From the sequence record NC_031927.1: a DNA stretch of 64,000 nucleotides; one strand, given 5' to 3'. Shown here piece by piece: positions 1 through 6,060 of the stretch. Made by a program: the position numbers and the translations under genes. A model generated the notes under the pieces. It was not told the DNA's origin. It was given only the letters and a program-made list of their open reading frames with translations, and made no database searches. Position 1 is the first letter of the stretch. Each line of letters opens with the position of its first letter.

Positions 1-2
1 CT

Positions 3-383
3 AGAGTCAATGCCTTTGGATACGACAATCTTCCCGATGGTTATCACACATACTACCGCCACGGCAAGAAGCTGGCTAAGGCAGCAGCAGCCGCTAAGGT
101 AGCCGAAGCTAAAGCAGCTGCCCGTTCTATTCAGTGGACTGCCGAAGAATATGACGCGGTTGCTCTTGGCTACATCACATACGGCAAGAATGGATATAAG
201 CAAGCAATCAAGGATTTTAGGTTAGTTAGCCAGCGTCACACAGACAACGCCATTAAGCTGGCAACCTACAGCTGTGCTCACCTTGATACCAAGTCAGACG
301 TAGATGGATTAGCCGATTATGCCGAAGGTCTCCTAGACGCACTCAACGCAATTGAGCCTAAGCGATTCAAGGGCACCCGCTGA
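3..383 (+). CDS. Hypothetical early protein, 5'-truncated by the window edge
   Basis: My translation of frame 3 is open from base 3 to TGA 381-383 (RVNAFGYDNLPDG...DALNAIEPKRFKGTR). It is missing from the ORF track because its start lies outside the window. Confidence 0.8.
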   Translation, partial: RVNAFGYDNLPDGYHTYYRHGKKLAKAAAAAKVAEAKAAARSIQWTAEEYDAVALGYITYGKNGYKQAIKDFRLVSQRHTDNAIKLATYSCAHLDTKSDVDGLADYAEGLLDALNAIEPKRFKGTR

Positions 384-392
384 TTTCCCCTA

Positions 393-442
393 GGGGCTAG
401 CCACCTAGCCCCGATCTATGCTACAATTCATTCATACCAAAC
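393..442 (+). promoter_or_regulatory. Early promoter cassette 1: inverted repeat plus TACAAT -10 box
   Basis: GGGGCTAG-CCAC-CTAGCCCC (393-412), TACAAT (422-427). The 22 nt CTACAATTCATTCATACCAAAC are identical to cassettes 2 and 3. Confidence 0.7.
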
Positions 443-454
443 CAGGAACCATCA

Positions 455-673
455 ATGCCTTTCTCACCTGCCTGCCGCCTTTCAGACCAGACCCGCGTAT
501 GGGTTGAGCGCTCAATCTATGAAGGGTGCGATTGGCAAATCGAAAAGCACTTTGGACCAGCACAAGGGCAAGACGCCCAGACCATTGCCGCTCGCTTCGC
601 TGCTACGTATGGGGATGAGGGCAAGACGATGAGCCTAGCTAACCCCTGCAGCGGAATCAGAGCCGAAGATTGA
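455..673 (+). CDS. Hypothetical early protein, 72 aa
   Basis: ORF track. It sits exactly between two promoter cassettes and its stop codon is the first triplet of cassette 2. Confidence 0.7.
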   Translation: MPFSPACRLSDQTRVWVERSIYEGCDWQIEKHFGPAQGQDAQTIAARFAATYGDEGKTMSLANPCSGIRAED

Positions 674-735
674 TCAGCCAAGGGGGTTGACGGATCAGCC
701 CTCTATGGTCTACAATTCATTCATACCAAACAAGG
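671..735 (+). promoter_or_regulatory. Early sigma70-like promoter cassette 2
   Basis: TTGACG (687-692), 18-nt spacer, TACAAT (711-716). 63/65 identical to 946-1010. Confidence 0.85.
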
Positions 736-741
736 GAACCG

Positions 742-948
742 ATGACGACTCTTCACTCTATCGAAAATCTCACAGCCGAGCTCGACCGCCTAGAGGGAAT
801 CAAGAATCGCCTAGCAGGGCTGATCGTAGACCTTAAGCTCACCAACCCAGACTCACTATTCATCGGACTCTATCAGGACCGCCTCAAGTTCAATGTTCTC
901 CCAGCCATCAAGATCACCAAGGGCTACATTCTCAAGACCAGCAACTGA
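742..948 (+). CDS. Hypothetical early protein, 68 aa
   Basis: ORF track. Bounded by cassettes 2 and 3, with AAGGGA just upstream of the ATG. Confidence 0.7.
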   Translation: MTTLHSIENLTAELDRLEGIKNRLAGLIVDLKLTNPDSLFIGLYQDRLKFNVLPAIKITKGYILKTSN

Positions 949-1010
949 CCAGCCAAGGGGGTTGACGGATCAGCCCCCTATGGTCTACAATTCATTCATA
1001 CCAAACAAGG
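946..1010 (+). promoter_or_regulatory. Early sigma70-like promoter cassette 3
   Basis: TTGACG (962-967), 18-nt spacer, TACAAT (986-991). Near-identical to 671-735. Confidence 0.85.
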
Positions 1011-1018
1011 CAACCCAA

Positions 1019-1111
1019 ATGGACCCCATCTCATTCGCAATCGGTATGGTCGGCGCAGCTCTGGTCGGTATCGTCAACGCCGAGCTGATCAAAGCAAACA
1101 ATAAAGATTGA
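1019..1111 (+). CDS. Small hydrophobic protein, 30 aa (MDPISFAIGMVGAALVGIVNAELIKANNKD)
   Basis: Internal ATG of track ORF 893..1111, located just downstream of cassette 3. The longer track start would read through the promoter. One TM-like segment. Confidence 0.6.
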   Translation: MDPISFAIGMVGAALVGIVNAELIKANNKD

Positions 1112-1151
1112 TCAGCCCAGCTCATCCCACTCAATCAAAACTTTTTTTCAA

Positions 1152-1373
1152 ATGACTCCTTCCATCTTTATCGACACTGAGAACAGCTCAACAGCCGTTG
1201 ATGCCATCGTGCTCACCCCCCGTAGAGTTCAGTTCGCTTGGGCATCTGGTTCCGTCTCCGCTCACACCGTCCGCCTCCGCGATCAAGTGAGATTCTACGT
1301 TCGCCACTTGATGATGGATGAGGCTTTGAGCTACGGGCAATGGGCAAACTTCGTTCTAGATGAGCAGCTCTGA
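1152..1373 (+). CDS. Hypothetical early protein, 73 aa
   Basis: ORF track. Fits the tandem + strand arrangement. Confidence 0.7.
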   Translation: MTPSIFIDTENSSTAVDAIVLTPRRVQFAWASGSVSAHTVRLRDQVRFYVRHLMMDEALSYGQWANFVLDEQL

Positions 1374-1429
1374 CCCCTAGGCATCCTGCCCCATCCGTGC
1401 TACAATTCACTCAAGTCAATCAACCGACA

Positions 1430-1618
1430 ATGCTCAACATCACAGCCGACCAGAATGGAACCATCTCTTGGCAAGAGGCTCTCCGCTTCGTGAATGAGGC
1501 AGCAGCTGATCAGCGCAACTTCCTCATCCGTGATTTCTTACAGTCTGCTTACGCTGGATTGAGAGGAGAGAGAATCGACCTAGGTGAGCTCAACGTCTGG
1601 ATCACAGAGAACAGCTGA
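1430..1618 (+). CDS. Hypothetical early protein, 62 aa (MLNITADQNG...)
   Basis: Track ORF 1397..1618 re-started at ATG 1430, because TACAAT at 1401-1406 (followed by TCACTCA, resembling the cassette motif) marks a promoter. Confidence 0.65.
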   Translation: MLNITADQNGTISWQEALRFVNEAAADQRNFLIRDFLQSAYAGLRGERIDLGELNVWITENS

Positions 1619-1626
1619 ATCACACA

Positions 1627-1650
1627 GCCTCCCGCAAGGGGGGCTTTTTT
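1627..1650 (+). terminator. Intrinsic terminator closing the early cluster
   Basis: GCCTCCC-GCAA-GGGGGGC followed by T6. Confidence 0.9.
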
Positions 1651-2055
1651 AATGCGTGCGTGTCAACAGTGATCGTTCGTGATAGGACAGTGCTATCCAT
1701 TCGTGCGTTGAGGACAGTGATATGGCGTTGCGATCCATCGATGGTGGGCGGCGTTACCCCGTATATAAAAAGTACCTTCTATCTAAGCTATAAAAGTAAA
1801 GATCGACCTATACTTATCGCTATTTAAAAAATTCTCCCAGATATTCTATGGACCCCAGAGTTGGCTCAGAGTTGCCTCAGAATACTCAGTGCCCCCCAGA
1901 GTTGTCTCTATATTATACCACACTTCTTAAATATTCCCCCATAAAAAAATCCCCCAGGTATTCAATACCCCTAGGAGATGATTATTATTATCTTGATAAC
2001 ATTCGCTTATCTCTGTGTAATCCCTCTACACAGAAGTATTGCGTATATCTTCAAT

Positions 2056-2120
2056 AAGTACTTAGAGTGTCTTATCAACCTCAACAAGGCTATTCTACAA
2101 GTATCTCCGTGTATTGTCAA
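2056..2120 (-). promoter_or_regulatory. Minus-strand sigma70 promoter plus conserved 36-bp downstream block, copy A
   Basis: Minus strand reads TTGACA (2120-2115), 17 nt, TAGAAT (2097-2092). 2056-2091 matches 49821-49856 at 34/36. Confidence 0.75.
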
Positions 2121-2446
2121 GCCCCCATCAAGAGTATCCCTTTAAGTATCTCAACCATCCCCTGACAAACTGCACAAGGCTATTTAGAGAGTCATAAAAG
2201 AAGTATTTTCATTGAGATGCCGTAGGCACACACCGTAGGTGTGTTAGTAGAGATACTTAAAGAACCATAGAGAATCTTAGAGAAACATAGAGGACCGCAG
2301 AGAGCGCGAAAAATCCCCCTCTCAAGTTATCTCCGAAGAGAGTATTACAGAGAGGGTTATACTATTACTAAGGAATACCCATATACTCTACAACTCACTC
2401 CGAAGGGTATAGAAGAGCTTAGTGGTCAGGGGGGAAATATGCTGTG

Positions 2447-2454
2447 TATAAATA
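2447..2454 (+). promoter_or_regulatory. T4-type late promoter TATAAATA with no ORF downstream
   Basis: Exact gp55 consensus. Confidence 0.7.
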
Positions 2455-2609
2455 GAAGTGGAATACAAGCCTAGGAGCGTCTCTAATAGGCTCTCATCCT
2501 ACGGGGGATAGAGACACTCCGAGTTCCATTGAGGCTCCCCACAAAGGCATTTAGAGTACGTAGAAGAACATATAGTAACGTAGAGGTCCATAGAGGTCCT
2601 CTTTTTTTA
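2455..2609 (+). ncRNA. Candidate structured late ncRNA
   Basis: Lies between a late promoter and a hairpin-T7 terminator. Contains nested stems and a 6-bp pseudoknot (see findings). No ORF with an RBS. Confidence 0.5.
2582..2608 (+). terminator. Probable intrinsic terminator
   Basis: AGAGG-T-CC-ATAGA-GG-T-CCTCT followed by a T tract. Confidence 0.6.
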
Positions 2610-2691
2610 TGGGCGAACCCTTTTTATGACCCTAGGGGGCAAGCCCCCACAATGAGGACCCATAAATACCAATAGAGAATATTAACTTATT

Positions 2692-3405
2692 ATGGCAGTT
2701 AACATAAGCGGTAATGGAGCTATTGAGGGTATTACTTCTTTTAATGGGGAGGATATTGCTTCTTTTAATGAGGGAGGTCCTACTTTCCGCAATATACTCT
2801 TTAATGGTTGGGTGAACACCAGTATTGGAATAAACCAACGTGGCAAAACAATAGCTCAAGTTTCTAATGGGGAATATTGGGCTGATAGGTGGCAACGTGT
2901 TTCATCCACAACTATGACCCAGAAGGTTGAAGGGGGTAACTATATACCAAATAGGACATATACGTTATCTGGTAATAATGTAACAACAACACAAATCACA
3001 TCCCCTGCTAGTGGAACTTGGGATTGGGGTACTGTGCCCTCCAATGCGTCATTGGTTCAGTTGGAGCTAGGTGATACTGCATCTTCTTTTGAATATAGAC
3101 CCTATGGGTTGGAAGTAATTTTGTGTCAGAGGTATTATGAAGTTGTTGATTGTGAATATGGTACAACCGCAGTACTTGATGCGGGGAATTCGAATAAAGC
3201 TATAAAAAAACCTTGGATATATAAAGTTAGTAAAAGAATTATACCAACCGCTATTGTAACTGCTCAAAGTGGTGCTTATTCTACCAATGCTAGTGTGAGT
3301 GGAATACGAAGTTCTTTTTGCAATCTCAATTGGCAATGGCAACAGACATCTGGAAATTTTGATAGGACCAAGGCTGCTGTAGTTAACGTCGATGCCGAAC
3401 TATAA
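2692..3405 (+). CDS. Putative virion/tail-fibre-associated protein, paralogue 1
   Basis: ADRW, VQLELG..ASSFEYRP and LCQRYY motifs, as seen in phage tail-associated proteins. Has its own late promoter CATAAATA at 2661. Confidence 0.8.
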   Translation: MAVNISGNGAIEGITSFNGEDIASFNEGGPTFRNILFNGWVNTSIGINQRGKTIAQVSNGEYWADRWQRVSSTTMTQKVEGGNYIPNRTYTLSGNNVTTTQITSPASGTWDWGTVPSNASLVQLELGDTASSFEYRPYGLEVILCQRYYEVVDCEYGTTAVLDAGNSNKAIKKPWIYKVSKRIIPTAIVTAQSGAYSTNASVSGIRSSFCNLNWQWQQTSGNFDRTKAAVVNVDAEL

Positions 3406-3436
3406 TATAAATACTAATAGAAAATATTAACTTATT

Positions 3437-4159
3437 ATGGCAGTTAACATAAGCGGTAATGGAGCTATTGAGGGTATTACTTCTTTTAATGGGGGCGGAC
3501 TTACCTTTCGTAATATACTCTATAATGGGTGGGTAAACACCAGTAATGAAATAAACCAACGTGGCAAAACAATATCCGAGGTTTCTGATGGAGACTATTG
3601 GGCTGATAGGTGGCAACGTGTTTCCTCTACGACAATGACCCAAAAAGTTGAAGAGGGTAACTATATACCAAATAGGACATATACGTTATCTGGTAATAAT
3701 GTAACAACAGTGCAGGTAACATCACCTGCCAGTGGAACTTGGAATTGGGGAACTGTTCCCTCCAATGCTTCATTGGTTCAGTTAGAGTTGGGTGATACTC
3801 CATCTGCTTTTGAATATAGACCCAAGGGGTTAGAGTTGGGTTTGTGTCAGAGGTACTATCAAAATCTCAATGTTAGAATGTTGTTAGATCAGGTGAATTA
3901 TTTATTTTCTTCTCGCAATTCTTATGTTAATCCAATGCGAACTGCACCATCAGTAGGTTTTACAGGTAAGTTAAAGTGGGATGATTTAATTACCGGGCAG
4001 TTAAGTTCTTCTGGATTTGATTCGGATAATGTTAATGTTTCATCTAAGGTGATTCGGGCAACACAATTTTACGTTTATGTTGCGTTGTCGGGGGTTCAGC
4101 CGAATGTCTTTAAAAGGTATCAATTTGAAGAGGCTATTAGCCTTGATGCCGAACTATAA
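3437..4159 (+). CDS. Putative virion/tail-fibre-associated protein, paralogue 2
   Basis: Same N-terminal domain as paralogue 1, different C-terminus, ends DAEL. TATAAATA at 3406. Confidence 0.8.
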   Translation: MAVNISGNGAIEGITSFNGGGLTFRNILYNGWVNTSNEINQRGKTISEVSDGDYWADRWQRVSSTTMTQKVEEGNYIPNRTYTLSGNNVTTVQVTSPASGTWNWGTVPSNASLVQLELGDTPSAFEYRPKGLELGLCQRYYQNLNVRMLLDQVNYLFSSRNSYVNPMRTAPSVGFTGKLKWDDLITGQLSSSGFDSDNVNVSSKVIRATQFYVYVALSGVQPNVFKRYQFEEAISLDAEL

Positions 4160-4190
4160 TATAAATACCAATAGAGAATACTAACTTATT

Positions 4191-4865
4191 ATGTCAGTTA
4201 ACATAAGCGGTAATGGAGCTATTGAGGGTATTACTTCCTTTAATGGAGGAGGGCTTACTTTCCGCAATATTCTTTATAATGGTTGGGTGAACACCAGTAG
4301 TGAAATCAACCAACGTGGCAAAACAATAGCTCAAGTTTCTAATGGAAACTATTTTGCAGATCGATGGGAAAGAGTTTCATCCACAACTATGACCCAAAAA
4401 GTTGAAGAAAAAAATTATATACCAAATAGGACATATACGATATCGGGTACTAACGTAACAACAGTGCAGGTAACATCACCTGCTAGTGGGACTTGGGATT
4501 GGGGAACTGTGCCGTCTGATGCTTCATTGGTTCAGTTAGAGTTGGGTGATACTGCATCTTCTTTTGAATATAGACCCTATGGATTGGAGTTGAGTTTGTG
4601 TCAGAGGTACTATCAGTTTGCATATGCTAATATTAGAGGTAGGGGTGGGGGTATTTCTGAAAATGCAGTAACCTGGAATACTCAAATGAGAATAGCTCCA
4701 ACAATATTGCGCATTGCGGCAGCTTCAGGTGGAGGTCTCAATAATATAATTCGATATCTTGATATAGCTCCCTATGGGTGTCGTATGGAAGCAACAAACA
4801 CCCAACCTGGCGGTACGGAGAGTTATGCACTTGCGCAAATCTTGGAACTAAATGCTGAACTATGA
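4191..4865 (+). CDS. Putative virion/tail-fibre-associated protein, paralogue 3
   Basis: Same N-terminal domain, different C-terminus, ends NAEL. TATAAATA at 4160. Confidence 0.8.
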   Translation: MSVNISGNGAIEGITSFNGGGLTFRNILYNGWVNTSSEINQRGKTIAQVSNGNYFADRWERVSSTTMTQKVEEKNYIPNRTYTISGTNVTTVQVTSPASGTWDWGTVPSDASLVQLELGDTASSFEYRPYGLELSLCQRYYQFAYANIRGRGGGISENAVTWNTQMRIAPTILRIAAASGGGLNNIIRYLDIAPYGCRMEATNTQPGGTESYALAQILELNAEL

Positions 4866-4951
4866 TTGGATTTATTGTAATACTATTATTCTTTCTTGGG
4901 ATTATGGGTCTTATGACCTTCCTTTCCGTTTTTGGTGATTGGTTTGTATAG
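4862..4951 (+). CDS. Putative 29-aa membrane micropeptide (MIGFIVILLFFLGIMGLMTFLSVFGDWFV)
   Basis: My translation. ATGA overlap with the stop of paralogue 3. Almost entirely hydrophobic. Confidence 0.45.
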   Translation: MIGFIVILLFFLGIMGLMTFLSVFGDWFV

Positions 4952-5030
4952 TACAGTATATGAAGTGGTACATATTAATAGATGCCCCCAGACCCATGGA
5001 GTATAATAACAAGGTATTCAGGAGGTTGAA

Positions 5031-5192
5031 ATGACTCAACTTTATGATATAATCATTGAAGGACAGACAATTCACAAAGGTGTTTCGGAAGAAACCTTCT
5101 TTGATGTTATGTCTGACCTCTCAACAGCATATTATGAGAGGGGCTATCCAGATCCCTCAACAGTTTCCCACACAACTTACATTAAGGAGTAA
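5031..5192 (+). CDS. Hypothetical protein, 53 aa (MTQLYDIIIEGQTIHKGVSEETFFDVM...)
   Basis: My translation. AGGAGG RBS at 5020-5025 and TATAAT at 5002-5007 upstream. Confidence 0.8.
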   Translation: MTQLYDIIIEGQTIHKGVSEETFFDVMSDLSTAYYERGYPDPSTVSHTTYIKE

Positions 5193-5194
5193 CA

Positions 5195-5329
5195 ATGTTC
5201 GGCAAGACACAGGAAAAAATCGAAAAGGCTGGAAAAAAGACCCGTCAGGGTCGTTCCAACCGCACGAAACTCTCTGCAACTTCCGCGAGACCTAGGCAAA
5301 AGCGTTATCGTGGTCAAGGAAGGAGCTGA
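5195..5329 (+). CDS. Small basic protein, 44 aa (MFGKTQEKIEKAGKKTRQGRSNRTKLSATSARPRQKRYRGQGRS)
   Basis: My translation. AAGGAG RBS at 5184-5189. Resembles a small Arg/Lys-rich ORF I recall upstream of g25 in cyanomyoviruses. Confidence 0.8.
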   Translation: MFGKTQEKIEKAGKKTRQGRSNRTKLSATSARPRQKRYRGQGRS

Positions 5330-5394
5330 AATCCCCTTTTTAGTGCTCGAAAAACAAAACTAACCCTTTTTAGGGACCCTACCCCTTCGGGGTA

Positions 5395-5460
5395 TATAAA
5401 TATTTAAAGTTACGATGGGGATAGAACCCCCTTAAAAGTTCTAAAATGTAGTTTTTAGGA
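5395..5460 (+). promoter_or_regulatory. Late promoter followed by a leader with an H-type pseudoknot and an alternative RBS hairpin
   Basis: TATAAATA 5395-5402. S1 is GGGG 5417-20 with CCCC 5428-31. S2 is TAGAAC 5422-27 with GTTCTA 5438-43. Confidence 0.65.
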
Positions 5461-5468
5461 CAAATTTA

Positions 5469-5585
5469 ATGGGAAGACCCGTAGATCGCTCACCTGGCGT
5501 CGTTTTAGTCACCGATTATGGTGCTCTTGACCGCGCTCTCGCTCAAAAAGCTCGCCAAGAAGCCGAAAAAGCCAAGAAAAATTAA
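5469..5585 (+). CDS. Small hypothetical protein, 38 aa (MGRPVDRSPGVVLVTDYGALDRALAQKARQEAEKAKKN)
   Basis: My translation. AGGA at 5457-5460 upstream, and a terminator follows. Confidence 0.7.
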   Translation: MGRPVDRSPGVVLVTDYGALDRALAQKARQEAEKAKKN

Positions 5586-5594
5586 ATAATCTTT

Positions 5595-5621
5595 AAAAAA
5601 GCTCCTTCGGGGGCTTTTTTT
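5595..5621 (+). terminator. Intrinsic terminator, possibly bidirectional
   Basis: A6-GCTCC-TTCG-GGGGC-T7, with a cUUCGg tetraloop. Confidence 0.9.
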
Positions 5622-5626
5622 ATGCC

Positions 5627-5634
5627 TATAAATA
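5627..5634 (+). promoter_or_regulatory. Late promoter for g25
   Basis: TATAAATA. Confidence 0.85.
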
Positions 5635-6060
5635 ATGATAAATGTTGCTTATGCGATGGCTGACGTAAATCGTATCTCTAGATCATTCAAAGACATCAGT
5701 TTATCGTTCCAGCCACATCCTGTAACGAAGGATATTGGTGTTTTGGTCAATGAAAGGGCAATTAATCGGTCAGTTCGCAATATTGTTCAAACAATTCCTG
5801 GCGAAAAGTTTTTCAATCCACTATTTGGGTCCAATGTTAGGTCTCAATTATTTGAAAACGCCAACTATGCCGTTGCTCTTGCGATTGAACAGGAAATTCT
5901 TACATCATTAAGGAATTTTGAGCCTAGAATTGCTAATGTTGGAGTAACAGCTAATTTATTCCCAGACAGGAATGAGTTTGACGTTACAGTTACATATGAA
6001 ATTGTAGGACAAGCGTTTCCACCCCAAACTTATAACTTTATTTTAACGAGTACTAGGTAA
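5635..6060 (+). CDS. g25: Baseplate wedge subunit gp25
   Basis: FKDISLSF...ERAINRSVRNIVQT..GEKFFNPLFGS...FEPRI pattern, directly upstream of g6. The true start is probably ATG 5656, since 5635 abuts the promoter. Confidence 0.92.
   Translation: MINVAYAMADVNRISRSFKDISLSFQPHPVTKDIGVLVNERAINRSVRNIVQTIPGEKFFNPLFGSNVRSQLFENANYAVALAIEQEILTSLRNFEPRIANVGVTANLFPDRNEFDVTVTYEIVGQAFPPQTYNFILTSTR

Larger units (their letters stand above)
2661..4865 (+). repeat. Three tandem ~750-bp gene cassettes (late promoter + conserved N-terminal domain + variable C-terminal domain)
   Basis: Each unit begins (C/T)ATAAATAC-AATAG-AAT-TAACTTATTATG(G/T)CAGTTAACATAAGCGGTAATGGAGCTATTGAGGGTATTACTTC at 2661, 3406 and 4160. 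Confidence 0.95.

Noticed and set aside
671-1010. CRISPR-like repeat-spacer array
   Set aside because: The repeats are about 65 bp, contain -35/-10 boxes, and are separated by 200+ bp ORFs. No cas genes are present.
1848-2057. Track ORF 1848..2057 (69 aa) as a real gene
   Set aside because: It has no RBS, crosses DNA repeats and hairpins, has atypical composition, and lies opposite the minus-strand promoter unit.
2069-2089. RNA hairpin CUUGU(U/C)-GAGGUU-GAUAAG within the duplicated 36-bp block
   Set aside because: The one substitution between copies preserves pairing, but the 5' arm probably lies partly upstream of the inferred TSS (about 2085). It cannot be claimed as RNA structure without TSS mapping.
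2692-4865. Diversity-generating retroelement (TR/VR) as the cause of the variable C-termini
   Set aside because: The C-terminal DNAs are unrelated rather than differing at adenines, differences in the conserved part involve all bases, and no reverse transcriptase is in the window.
5056-5295. Track ORF 5056..5295
   Set aside because: It has a TTG start and overlaps two RBS-bearing ORFs in other frames (5031..5192 and 5195..5329).
5417-5443. preQ1-I riboswitch
   Set aside because: The size is similar, but the 7-nt loop is almost fully paired in S2 and lacks the preQ1-I loop and AAAAAAC tail consensus. Kept as a generic pseudoknot.
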